From Octopus sinensis (lineage: Eukaryota): a stretch of DNA of 64,000 nucleotides. The translations under genes were made by a program, and so were the position numbers. Below, in pieces: positions 46,652 to 59,602 of the stretch. The notes under the pieces are model-generated. The model did no database searches. It had not been told where the DNA came from and was given only the letters and a program-made list of their open reading frames with translations. How positions within the stretch are numbered: position 1 is the stretch's first letter; every line of letters begins with the position of its first letter. The DNA lies in NCBI RefSeq assembly GCF_006345805.1, contig NC_043021.1, forward strand, positions 19,592,001 through 19,656,000, in the 5' to 3' direction.

Positions 46652-48123
46652 GTAGCAGACGCCCGTCAGCCGAGAATATCTGTCCCGATTCGCAAATATA
46701 TATATATATATTTTCAGTGAAGTTTATTCACTGATTACCAAAATCATAAATATTAAATTTCTAAATCTCTCACAGAGATATATATATTGTGTTTAGTGCA
46801 GTTTCATTGTTGGTAGGATTAGCAAAAAATTGTGCTCCATCCACGTAGGATTTATATATGAACTATTACGTTTCATGCTCAGATAGTACAGTAAATAAGA
46901 GGTGTGTGTATAGCATACCATGTAGTATTATGCACATGCAGTCGTCCTGGCTCAAGGTAGGTGAGAAAAACGAGAGGGAAAAAAAATGGCTAGAGTTGTG
47001 TCCCTTCGATCTATTAGACGAAGAATATTGGTAATAGCTCACAAAGAATTATTGGTTTCGAATTTTCGGGGACGAGTTTGATTACATCGGACCCAGGAGG
47101 AATTTTAATTCAAGACAAAATTCTGCCAACTCTCTGCTCTAGTTTGGAAACCGAAAAAAAGTCCACAGTATCATCATCATCATCATGAATTAACGTCCGC
47201 TGTCCATGCTGGCATGAGTTGGACGGTTTGACTGCATGCAGTAGCTCACTGGAAGGCAGCACCAGGCTCCAGTCTGATTTGGCATCGTTTTCTACAGCTG
47301 GATGCCCTTCCTAATGCCAACCACTCCAAGAGTGTAATTGGGTGCTTTTATGTGCCACAACTGCAATTTTGCTCAGCTTAATGGACCATCTTCTCAAGCG
47401 TAACATAATGCCCAAAGATCTTGGTCATTGCCTCAATGAGGGCCCAGCACTCAAAACGAACTCAACCACTTTGCCTCGATGAGGCCCAACACTTCCAACA
47501 TATATATATGTGTGTCTTTGTTCGTTCCACCACCGGTGTTGGTGTATTTACGTCCCCATAACTTAGCAGTTCAGCAAGAGACCAATAAAATACTTACCTG
47601 GCTTGAAAAAAAATTAGTACTGGAATCAATTAAAATTCCTCCAGGTGGTGCCCCAGCATGGCCACAGCCTAATAGCTGAAACAAGTAAAAGATAAACGAT
47701 ATTACATAGGTGCAGGAGTGGCTGTGTGGTAAGTAGCTTACTTACCAACCAAATGGTTCCGGGTTCAGTCCCACTGCGTGGCACCTTGGGCAAGTGTCTT
47801 CTAGTATAGCCTCGGGCCAACCAAAGCCCTGTGAGTGGATTTGGTAGACGGAAACTGAAAGAAGCCCGTCGTGTATATGTTTGTCCCCCCAACATCGCTT
47901 GACAACTGATGCTGGTGTGTTTAGTCTCCGTAACTTAGCGGTTTGGCAAAAGACACCGATAGAATAAGTACTAGGCTTCCAAAAAATAAGTCCTGGGGTC
48001 GATTTGCTCGATTAAAGGCGGTGCTCCAGCATGGCCGCAGTCAAATGACTGAAACGAGTAAAAGAGAGATAGAGAGAGTATATATTTTCAAAGATGTTCT
48101 GCTATAAATAATCATGGATTCAA

Positions 48124-48129
48124 TTTATT
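48124..48129 (-). terminator. Candidate polyadenylation signal of BAZ1A (second at 48167-48172)
   Basis: AATAAA on - at the distal end of a ~2.8 kb stretch nearly free of recognisable transposons. Confidence 0.4.
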
Positions 48130-49631
48130 GAAAGACAACAGTTGACACACAAGATACAGTTTAGATTTTATTTTCTCAGATAATTTGAGCATAAGAAAAA
48201 AAAAAAAAAAAGGTTTACTGCACGTAGGTGAAATATCTAAAAACAAAAAAAAAAAAATTGGTGAATATTTTTTTTTGTAGTAGTACATTTTTTTTTTTAA
48301 TATTTTTTTCTTGTAACCTTATTAAAAAAATTGAATTATATATTTCTGAGTTACTGAAGATGTGACAGAGAAAGGTGTGGTCGGGAATGGGGGAAAGAGA
48401 GATGGTTGTAGGGAAGAATTGGTATAAATAAGAGAGAGACATCTCTAAAACAAAAAAGACACTTATTTTGTTCTTTTCCTGCCTGTTCCAAATTTTTTTT
48501 TTCACATAAGAATTGGTGCTTGCTTCTGTTTATTGTAAGTTTTTTGGGGTTTTTTTATCCATTTTTTTTTTTAAATTCTTATATTTTTGTGTGAAAAGTA
48601 AGAAAATTACTTTAAAAAAAAATTGTAGCTGAATTGCACAAGAATTTTTTTTTTTTTTTTTTTGGGATTTGAGGAGGGGTTTGTTGAAAAACAAACAGGG
48701 TCAGGTACAGTTCCTGGTTGTTTGTCTTTCAGCCATTCCAAAGGAGTCAGAGAGGGGGTGGGGTGAAGAATGAGAAGACACATCAATCAGCAAAATGTAG
48801 GGGGTTTCTTATTTAGTTCTGTTTTTTTTTTGGGGTATTTTTTTTGTTTGTTTTTTTTTTAACTGTTGGCATTTTGAAACATTGAAAGAGGAATAAAGGA
48901 TGAAGGAAGAGTATCCAAGATCTAACCACACATGCCTCACTTAAAAAAAAAAAACTCATTTGTCTCATATTTTTTTTGTTTCCTCTTGGTTTGGTTTGGG
49001 TGTTTTTTTTTTCAGTCATTTTATTTCATTTTCATCAAAATTTTTTTTTTTTGTTACAAATTGAAAAAAAAAAATCTTTTTGTTGTTCAAAACTTTTCAA
49101 ATTTTATTTAGTGTTTTTTTTTTGCTTTAGATATTCTGAACATTTCATATAAATAAATAGGTTTGTTTTGTTTTTCTTTTTTTGTATTATTTAAAAAAAA
49201 AACAAAAAAAAAACGACAGAGGAGGAAGAAGGAATGATGTTATGTAATGTACGCATGTAATATGCGCATGTATTATACGTATGTAATGTATGTACGTAAG
49301 AGGGTAGGGTTGAGTTTAACGGTAAAAGGGTCAGTTTATTTAACATATGGAAGATGACACACAGGAGGAGAAGATGGAAAGGAAGTAGAATAAATTAAAT
49401 ACGTTCCTTGTTTGGGAAGGTAGCAGGAAAGAGAGAGGGGTGCAGAGGACTGGAGAAGAAAGTAGCATTATGTTTAACATATCTAAATCAAGGTAAAAAA
49501 GGCTGCAGAGATAGAGATGTTTGTTAGAGAAGGTGCATGTCTGAATGCATCTGTTGAAATAGCAAAGAAGGGGGACATGTTGTATTTTTGTTTCCTGTAA
49601 TAAAACAACTTTTTTTTTTTTACATAGTGTG

Positions 49632-49685
<54 letters not shown>

Positions 49686-50955
49686 ATATGTATATCATAT
49701 GTATATATAACATAATATATAACAGGCTGAGAGAGGGAGACAGAAACGTCTCCAAGAGTACGTCTCTTCCCAATCTCAAATTCTGAACAAAAGATGGAAA
49801 TGGCGGTGGAAGAAAGAATTTCTCAAATTCAAGTTCCAAAGGCAATTTTTTATTTCAAGTTTATTGAATTTTGAACAAAGACTTTTTTTAAATTTTTTTT
49901 TTGTATAATTTCTTTTATGTATTGTGTGTCTGTTGGAGGTAGGGGATGCCACCCACCACTTCCATGCCACCTCCCCAGGAAGCACATGACTAGCGGAATA
50001 AACTGGGGCACTCAACCTAGTTTTGTCTTTTTTTTTTATTTTGTGTGTGTGTGTATGTCTTTTTTTTTTGTTATTTATTTTCTAGCTTTAAACATTTCAT
50101 TCTTCATATTTGTGTATAACACAAATGTTCTGGCGTTTGTCTTTTTCTTTTTTTTTTTTGCAAAAAAAAAAAAAAAGATAAATAAAAAAACAAACAATTA
50201 TTTAAACACCCCTCCCCGTTCCATCCCCATCCCGCAACTTAACTACCTCCAAAGTTGGCAACCAAAGATGCTGTAAATGAATTCGGCCACAAACCTCGTC
50301 CGGGCCAATGACAGCAGAGTTGCTCAGGACAAAGAGACATGGTTAAGAACACTGTAGCTGCCCCCACAGAATCGGGGCCAGTTGTAGTTAACCTAATTTA
50401 TACCATCTTCTGCTCTGGAGGAGGAGGAAGAAGAGGGAATATTCTTACAAAAATTTTTTTTTTTTTTTTTTAAACTGAAACGCCAACCATCATCACTGAT
50501 GGACCAAAAAAAAAAAAAAGGGGGGGGGGTCACTGAAGTTAATGATTAAAGGTCTTTAAGGGGATAGAAATAATGATTTTTATATATATGTGAATAATTA
50601 AAATAAAAACATTTTAAATGATTTCTGTCATAGGCCCAAGGCCACAACATTTGATTGGGAAGGGGAGGGGGAGAATAGCCCTACTCTACATCCTACTCCC
50701 CACCCAGTACTCCACTGGTACTTTATTTTATCGACCTCGTATGGATGAAGGGCTAAAGCCGACCTTGGCAGGATTTGAACTCAGAACGTAAAGCAAATCT
50801 AAATACCTGCAAGGTATTTTCCTCCTCCTTCTGTCCAATCCACTGCCCATTATGATTAAAGATGATGATGACAATGATAATGGTGATTATTATAAGAATA
50901 ATAATAAGAATAATAATAATAATAATAGTAATTAGTTAGTAATCATAATGGAACA

Positions 50956-51258
50956 CTAATTTCTGCTCTTTTTCTTTGTGTTGGATTTCCCAGAGTCTGT
51001 CTGCGAACTGCTGCTCGGCGAAGCGTGTTCGCCATCCTCCAGCTGTAAATCTTTCACCTGCTTCTCAAAATAGGTTGACAAACTGGCACCAGCTTTGAAC
51101 TCTGGGGCAGACTTTTTGTTGTACTCTTTGCAATTACTGAATATTAAGCGAGTGTCTTTGAGGAGGGCTATGGGTTCTGTGTATTGATATTTGTGAATCC
51201 GGTTGCGAATGGTGGAGAAATCCATAGGATGTTTGATAATGTCATAGTAATCAGGTAC
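50956..51258 (-). CDS. BAZ1A: BAZ1A-like terminal exon, bromodomain (VPDYYDIIKHPMDFSTIR...IFSNCKEYN...)
   Basis: cag acceptor; PDYYDIIKHPMD motif; TAG at 50956-50958. Confidence 0.95.
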   Translation of the reverse strand, partial: VPDYYDIIKHPMDFSTIRNRIHKYQYTEPIALLKDTRLIFSNCKEYNKKSAPEFKAGASLSTYFEKQVKDLQLEDGEHASPSSSSQTDSGKSNTKKKSRN

Positions 51259-51847
51259 CTGGAAGGAGAGACGGAAAACGGAGATTATAGAAACAATAAC
51301 GGCAGAACAAGACTTGTGTAATTAAACAACCCAGCAATAATTAACCCTTTAGCATTTAAACCAGGTGTATCAGGCCCAAACATTCTACCTGCTTTATGCT
51401 AAAACTGACCAGATCTGTCCTCTCACACCTACCTTACAATGTCGTTCTAAAAATAAACAATCACATCATCAAAATCTCATAGCTGCAAGACAATGCATAA
51501 TTCATTCAAAATAATGTTCCGGGTTCAGTCCCACTGCGAGGCACCTTGGGCAAGTGTCTCCTATAGCCTCAGGCCGACCAAAACCTTGTGAATGGATTTG
51601 GGAGATGGAAACTGAAAGAAGCCCGTGGTATATTTGTGTATATATGTGTTGTGTGTGTGTGTGTGTGTGAAGGTACATGGCTCAGACGTTAGTGAGTTCA
51701 ATTCTTTGGACCAGGTTGTGTGTTATGTTCTTGAGCAAGACACTTTATTTCACTTTACTCCAGTTCACTCAGCTGTAGAAATGAGTTGTGTGTATGTGTG
51801 TATATACGTATATATATATATATATATGTATATACACACACACACAC

Positions 51848-51878
<31 letters not shown>

Positions 51879-52902
51879 TATGTATATATATATGTATGTA
51901 TATGTGTTTGTGTGTGTGTTTGTCCCCCCCCCCCCGGACATCGCTTGGCAACTGATGCTGGTGTGTTTACGTCCCCATAACTTAGTGGTTCGGCAAAAGA
52001 GACCGATAGAATAAGTACTAGGCTTACAAAGAATAAGTCCTGGGGTCGAGACTAAAGGCAATGGTCCAGCATGGCCACAGTCAAATGACTGAAACAAGTA
52101 AGAGGGAGAGAGAGTATGAAATAAGAATTACATTTGACAGAGTAATCTGGATGATAAAGGGTTAAACCAGCTAGATCCAGCCTCTCACACCTACCCTACA
52201 ATGTCGTTCTAAACATAAATTGAAATCTCAAGGTTATGAGATAATGCATAAGTAATTCAAAATGTTGATAAATAAGAATTACATTTGACAGAATAACCTG
52301 AGTGCTAAAGGTTAAACCAGCCATATCCAGTCAAAATATTCTACCTGTTTTTTTATTCAAACCAGCTAGATCTGGCCCCTTGCACCTGCCTACAATATCA
52401 TTCTAAAAATAAGCAATCATGTCACTGATATCTTAAAGCTACAACTGCATGATTAATTCAAAACAATGTGAATAAAGAAGGCATTACATTTGACAGAGTA
52501 ATCTGAATAAGAAGAAAGGGTTAATTTATATCATATAGGTCTACTGGACAAGAGCTTGTCTGGGACTAAACAAGGAGTCTTTGAAGCTAATGAAAAAGCG
52601 TCTTTGTAGTGGTTCAACCTGCTAGAAATAACAGTCAGCATACAGTATGGGGAGCAGAGTGAAAGATGGGAACCACAGTGGATTTGAACTTGAAATTGAA
52701 ACCAACATCACAAATACAGCTTTCAAGAAATTTAAACAGCTCAGATACATATACATGCACGCACATACACGTATGCACAAATATATTATGCTCACCACAG
52801 TTGTTCATTTATTCCCAAGTGTGTTCCTTTAATAGTAAGTGGTGACCCGTCTTAACAGTTATCTCGGCCAAAACAGGGCCCAACAGAAGGGCCTTCTAGT
52901 TA

Positions 52903-53370
52903 ATGTTAGTTAGTTAATTTTTTGGCTCAAAAAGCAAAAAGCAAGGCCATGTAGGGGGACATGGAGTTATGTACAGGGAAGGTGTTCATGCAAAGAGTTC
53001 AGGCCACTTGAGGTCAAAGGAGACTTTGAACCGAGCGGTCGTCGGCATCTTCACCATCTCGTCTGGCAGCTTTTCCATGGATCCGCAACCCGGACGGAGA
53101 AGGCCCCTCTCCTTCGATTGAGATGAAATCGTCACAGATAGAGCTTTTCGGAGTGACCCCGCAGCCGATGCTCTGGAGCAGGAGTGAAGAACAGCTCTTT
53201 CGAGAGGTTACACTTTCCGCTTATGATGTTGTGAGCAAGAATGAGATCTCCATGGTGTCGCCGTTTTTCTAGAGAATAAAGGTCGAGCGTCTTCAGCCTT
53301 TCTTCCTAAGACAAATGCTTGAGACCAAGAATGAACCACTTATCAAGTTTGCAATGTTGGAACTACTACC
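52903..53370 (-). mobile_element. CR1-clade LINE 3' end; shorter copy at 54732-55040
   Basis: Translates to RLRGHSEKL..FSVRV..W.KLP....RFKVSLD; (AACTT)-like tail. Confidence 0.8.
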
Positions 53371-54421
53371 AGTTTCCAGCTATATATACACACACACACT
53401 GATGCAGTTAGAGACTTGGAAACAGCTTGCTTATGCAAGTGTGATCAAACATAGAAAAACCTTTACATACCAGACACCAGGTGGGTTTTAGGGGTTGTCA
53501 GGAGAAAATGTGCACCATTTTGGAGCCTTGCTCCAATGCTTTATATATATAGTACACCCCCACTTCGCTTTTGGATCAACTAACTATTTCAGGATAATCA
53601 CCATCAATCAAATTGCAAGAGCCATACAAGTCTGCCATGGTTTAAAGGCAAACATAAGTGCAGGAGTGGCTGTGTGGTAAGTAGCTTGCTTACCAACCAC
53701 ATGGTTCCGGGTTCAGTCCCACTGCGTGGCATCTGGGCAAGTGTCTTCTGCTATAGCCCCGGGCCGACCAATGCCTTGTGAGTGGATTTGATAGATGGAA
53801 ACTGAAAGAAGCCTGTCGTATATATGTATATCTATGTGTGTATGTCCCCCTAGCATTGCTTGACAACCGATGCTGGTGTGTTTACGTCCCCGTCACTTAG
53901 CGGTTCGGCAAAAGAGACCAATAGAATAAATACTGGGCTTACAAAGAATAAGTCCCAGGGTCGATTTGCTCCACTAAAGGCGGTGCTCCAGCATGGCCGC
54001 AGTCAAATGACTGAAACAAGTAAAAGAGTAAGAGTATCACATTGTTAAAATCTAGAAGCAGCAAGACGATGCATAATTAATTCAAACCAATTTGAATAAA
54101 TATGCATTAAGTTTGACAGGATAATCTGAAGGATTAAAGTGTGCATGTCTGTGGAGTGCTCAGCCACTTGCACATGAATTTCACAAGCAGGCTGTTCTGT
54201 TGATGAAACCAAACAGAACTCTCATCATCGTAACTGATGGAGTACCTGGCCAGGCCCAAAGTCGAAGAGGTAAACCATTAACCAGTCTTTGGTGGTGGGG
54301 GGCTTTCTCTCTAAACCAATAACATCTATACTATAATTCATCTGGTAACAAAACAAAAACACAAGAGTAGGGTGAGAGGTTCAATCCCCACAAATGTAAA
54401 ACTGAAAAAAAAAAAACTTAC

Positions 54422-54561
54422 CATTTTTTTACTGACTGGCCGCAAAAATGGCCAAGAATCTTCATGTTTCATCAAATCGTTTATAAGATCCTCACAGGCC
54501 TTTAACTGGTACTCCTTACTGTTGCCTCGGTAACTGCTGACGTAATGTTTTATGTCAGACT
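54422..54561 (-). CDS. BAZ1A: BAZ1A-like bromodomain N-part (CEDLINDLMKHEDSWPFLRPVSKKM)
   Basis: tag/gtaagt boundaries; SWPF motif. Confidence 0.93.
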
Positions 54562-56254
54562 CTACAAATAAAGCAGATAAGACAATCATTGAAAAACAGC
54601 TGCATCACAGGAGTATCACCACAGTGAAACACTTGGGATACTCCTAATCAACATATCAGACCTGGCAGATGATGATGCATCTCAAAAAGAGATGAAGAAA
54701 CAATCGTAATACAAAAAAAAAAAAGGTCACATAAGTTAAGTTAAGTTAATTTTTTGGCTCACAAAGCAAAAGCAAGGCCATGTAGGGGGACATGGAGTTA
54801 TGTACAGGGAGGGTGTTCATGCAAAGAGTTCAGGCCATTTGTGGTCAAGAGAGACTTTGAACCGAGCGGTCGTCGGCATCTTTACTATCTCATCCGGCAG
54901 CTTATTCCACGGATCCGCAACCCGGACGGAGAAAGCCCCTCTCCTTCGATTGAGATGAAATCGTCGCAGATAGAGCTTTTCGGAGTGACCCCGCAGCCAA
55001 CACTCAGGAGCAGGAGTGAAGAAACAGCTCTTTCTAGAGGTTACACTTTCTGCTTATGATGTGTGGCAAAAGATTTCAGACAATGGACACTGAAATAGGA
55101 ACAATGATAAAGCTCACCCGAGGGACGAGCATGTAGCGTGTGTTTATTTGGCAAAGGAAAAATAGGGAAAAAAGAAGACTGTCCTGAAAAAAATATGGAA
55201 ACAGATTTATATTGTGGGACCTGAAAATAAACTATCCCTATAACAAATAGCAGGTGCTTTAGGAATAAGGACAAAAATATGCAGACAACTGTGTAACCAT
55301 AAAACCACCACCCTGCCCCTAGGGCATACAAACAGGCATGACATACAGAAAATAGCACTGCTAGGGATTGCACACATACTACGCAGGGTACTTTTAATAC
55401 AGTAATAAAACTGTGCATACGGAGAACACACAGCTGTGCTAAGTTGTGCAGTGAAAGTACTGAATAAGAATCCTTTCTATGATAGGCAGAGGGGCCCAAA
55501 GTTTGTGAGTCGGTTACATTGACCTCAATGCTTGACTGGCACTTATTTATCAAACCCCCCAAAAGTATGAAAGGCAAAGTTGATCTGAGCACTCTTCAAC
55601 CATCATGAAACAACCACACCATCTCTCTTCCTTTCAGGTGCATAAAACAAACACCTCTTCCTTATTTCTTTATTGCCCACAAGGGGCTAAACATAGAGAG
55701 GACAGACAAAACGGTTAAGCCGATTATATCGACCCCAGTGCGTAACTGGTACTTAGTTTATTGACCCCGAAAGGATGAAAGGCAAAGTCGACTTTGGCAG
55801 AATTTGAACTCAGAACGTAACAGCAGACAAAATACCTATTTCTTTACTGCCCACAAGAGGCTAAACACAGAGGGGACAAACAAGGACAGACACACGGATT
55901 AAGTCGTTTATATTGACCCCGAAAGGATGAAAGGCAAAGTCGACCTCGGCGGAATTTGAACTCGGAACGTAACAGCAGACAAAATACCTATTTCTTTACT
56001 GCCCACAAGGGGCTAAACACAGAGGGGACAAACAAGGACAGACACACGGATTAAGTCGTTTATATTGACCCCGAAAGGATGAAAGGCAAAGTCGACCTCG
56101 GCGGAATTTGAACTCAGAACGTAACGGCAGACAAAATACCTATTTCCTTACTGCCCACAAGAGGCTAAATACAGAGGGGACAGACAAACAGATTAAGTCG
56201 ATGTTCTTCCCAGTACACCAAGAACACAGCACAATATGGTTATGGTTAACTCAC

Positions 56255-56437
56255 CTTCGGTTTCTGCAAGTGAAGATGTCTTTCCCTTTGCTGCATGTCG
56301 AGAGCGTTTTGGTGCAACTTCCTCGTCAGATTCTGATCTCGCCCTCTTCCTTGAACGAGCATTTAGTGGACTGTTCCTCGGACTGTCCTTCTTGGATACA
56401 GAATGACTAGAACCTCTCCCACTGGAATTTCTTTTAC
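56255..56437 (-). CDS. BAZ1A: BAZ1A-like Ser/Arg/Lys-rich linker exon
   Basis: cag/gtgagt boundaries, phase 1 to 1 fits both neighbours. Confidence 0.85.
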
Positions 56438-57403
56438 CTGCAAAAGTACAAAGTATACCTGTGATACAATCATACACGTGTGTATGCCCATGTGTGAGCA
56501 GAGTATAGTGTTCCACAACCGGTATGTCGAGGCACATTGATGTGCCACAAGACGATGCTTGATGTGCCACGAGATGATGCTAGGTGTGCCACAGTGTAAC
56601 TTGAATTTTTTCCCCCTATACTTTTAGTTATATTTTTAGCTCAGGTGTGCCATCAAATTTTGAAAAGGATATAAGTGTACCGCAAGTGAAAAAAAGGTTG
56701 CGGGACATTGGTGTAGTAGATGGACAGGGAGATAAAAACTAGAGGACTGCAATGCAAAGTTCTGAGCCACATGGCCATGGAATGGGACAATTGGGCACAG
56801 CTATTTGGCATGGCTGAGTGGACATTCAACTTTGTTTTGTTGACAGTACTCTTTTGGTGTTGGAGGCAAACACACAGAGAAAGACATATTACAATTTATT
56901 AATTGAACACAAGGGCCAGGCACATTCCCTCTCCTCAGTCACATAAAGAGAAGTATGCCCCACCAGTCTTACTGGTACGTGAGAAAACATTCGAGCGGGG
57001 CCATTGCCAGTGCCACTGGACTGGCACTTGTGTAGGTGGTACGTAAAAAACACCATTTGAGCGGGGCCATTGCCAGTACTGCCTAACTGGCCATCGTGCC
57101 GGTGGCACATAAAAGCACCCACTACACTCTCGGAGTGGTTGGCATTAGGAGGAGCATCCAGCTGTAGAAACTCTGATCAAGATTGAAGCCTGGTTCACCA
57201 GTCCTCAGTCAAATCGTTCAACCCATACTAGCATGGAAAGCAGACGTTAAACGACGATGGTGATATATATATATATACGTATGTATGTGTGTGTATCATC
57301 ATCATCATTTAGCGCCCGTTTTCCATGCTAGCATGGGTTGGACGGTTTAACTGGGGTCTGTGAAGCCGGAAGGCTTCATCAGGCCCAGTCAGATTTGTGT
57401 ATG

Positions 57404-57438
<35 letters not shown>

Positions 57439-58351
57439 ATGTGTGTACACATATATATATATACAGGTTGTCATCGACTTTAACCACAATTGGTTTCCAC
57501 TGACTGGTTGTAAGTTGGCCTACAGGCCTAATAGCTTTGTTTTATATTTTTACATTCTTAAGGTACATTCTCAGGTAAGAGTCACACACAGCATTCTGTA
57601 TTATTCTATTATACTGGCATTACTCAAAAACTTTGGAGTCTCAAGCAGTCATCTTATAAACAAATACGAGGTTGCTTTGATGTCTCTGCAACAGGATAAT
57701 CATCCATTAATACAGCGGCGATCGATAACCAAACCTAGTGAGAGCATATGCTCACGGACATCACCCATAAATGGGTTAATTTCTAAGAAATTAAACCCAT
57801 TGGATTTCAGCTGGACTATTTATTATTGCTGCCAGGAGATGGCATGCCGATCGTCGTAAAGTCAATCAGTCATAAGCTGGATAGGTCATAAGTCGATAAC
57901 GACCTGTACACACACACACACCATCATCATCGTTTAACGTCTGTTTTCCGCGCTAGCACAGGTTGGACGGTTCGACCGGGGTCTGGGAAGCCAGGAGGCT
58001 GCACCAGGCTCCAGTCTGATCTGGCAGTGTTTCTACAGCTGGATGTCTTTCCTAACACCAACCACTATGTGAGTGTAGTGGGTGCTTTTTACGTGCCACC
58101 AGCACAGAAGCCAGTCAAGGCAGCGCTGGCATCGGCCACGTTCGGATGGTGCTTTTTATGTGCCACCGGCACAGAAGCCAGTCAAGGCGGCGCTGGCATC
58201 GGCCACAGTAGTATGAAAAATGTCAGGTAAGTTGGCATCAAATCAACAGCACCAAAATGGCTGTGCCAGTCTGTCCTATAGCCACATGGCCATGGGTCGT
58301 GTCTGTACTCGATGAAAACAAAAGAACAAGAAAAATACCAGAAAAACTTAC

Positions 58352-58554
58352 TCTTTTTGTCTAATCCTGAACAACTTCCACACAACCATTTGGTTCTTGG
58401 AACTTTCTTGAGAGGTGGATTAGCACATGATAAATGGTAAACATTCGGGCACTTATCACAGATAACCAAGGCACCACGACGTCCACAGACAACGCAAGCA
58501 TTATCTGTCCTCGATTCCTTTTTACGTGCTTGATATTGCTCAGCACTGTCAGAG
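58352..58554 (-). CDS. BAZ1A: BAZ1A-like exon with second PHD finger (CVVCGRRGALVICDKCPNVYHLSC...WLCGSC)
   Basis: cag/gtaagt boundaries; C4HC3 spacing. Confidence 0.92.
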
Positions 58555-58637
58555 CTGCAAGAGACAGAAAGAGAAAGACTTAGCACAGGAGCTCGTTAAC
58601 AGAAACACTTCTACAATACAACAACAGAAGCCGTTAA

Positions 58638-59104
58638 CCCTTTCGTTACTGTATTTATTTAGAGATGCTCTGTGTTCCTTTCAATTACTTTAAATATAGC
58701 AAAGAATTTAGTAAAATAACTTAGTTATCATTCAGCTAGTGTTAGGAACATAAATTGTGACTAAGGTTTGGTGGAAGATTTTAATTGAAAACTTATGAAA
58801 ACAAGACATTTGTACTACAGAGCCAGTTTCAGCTGGGTTGATAATGAAAGGGTGAAGAATTGTTTCTCTATTATATATTTTAACCCTTTCATTACTGTAT
58901 TTATTTAGAGATGTTCTGTGTTTCTTTTAATTACTTTAAATATAACAAAGAATTTAGTAAAATAACTTAGTTATCATTCAGCTAGTATTAGGAACATAAA
59001 TTGTGATTAAGGTTTGGTGGAAGATTTTAATTGAAAACTTATGTAAACAAGACATTTGTACTACAGAGCCAGAGCCGGTTTCAGCCGGGTTGGTAACAAA
59101 AGGG
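58638..59104. mobile_element. Two adjacent piggyBac-like MITEs (58638-58852, 58884-59104); a second CCC..GGG/TTAA family at 62754-62969 and 51345-52165
   Basis: TTAA-CCCTTTC...AAAGGG-TTAA termini. Confidence 0.78.
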
Positions 59105-59408
59105 TTAATGTCTTCATCAAAAGAAGTTAATTCTATGAAGTTACTGCAATTATTTTTAACCTGTTTTGTCAGGGTTACAAATAATTTTGGAAATAAAAAC
59201 TTTAAGAGCAATGGTTCCCAACCAGGGCACATTTGACTCTTGGAGGTTCATATAAGATTTTGTTGTTGCAATTTATGTGTAATAAACTGGTTAGAACTTC
59301 TAACATACACAAAATATTTGAACATATATATATATATACACACACACACACACTATAAAAACAAAAACAAATAAACAAAAATGACTTTTCTAACTGAAAA
59401 TAGCTCAC

Positions 59409-59602
59409 CTGCTGTCTTGATTTTCACTGTCTTCATTTTCCTCTTCCTCCTCCTCTTCTTCATTGGAATCACCTTCTTCCTCGTCGTCCTCTTCGGATTC
59501 CTCGGAATCCACCACGTACATGTGTCGCTGACCTTTGCGAGGAGATGGGCGAGCTTCTTTAGGTTTACAATTGGGACAAAACCAGTCACCGTCGGGAACG
59601 GT
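59409..59602 (-). CDS. BAZ1A: BAZ1A-like exon (TVPDGDWFCPNCKPKE... acidic tract)
   Basis: cag/gtgagc boundaries; completes PHD1; phase 0 to 2. Confidence 0.92.
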
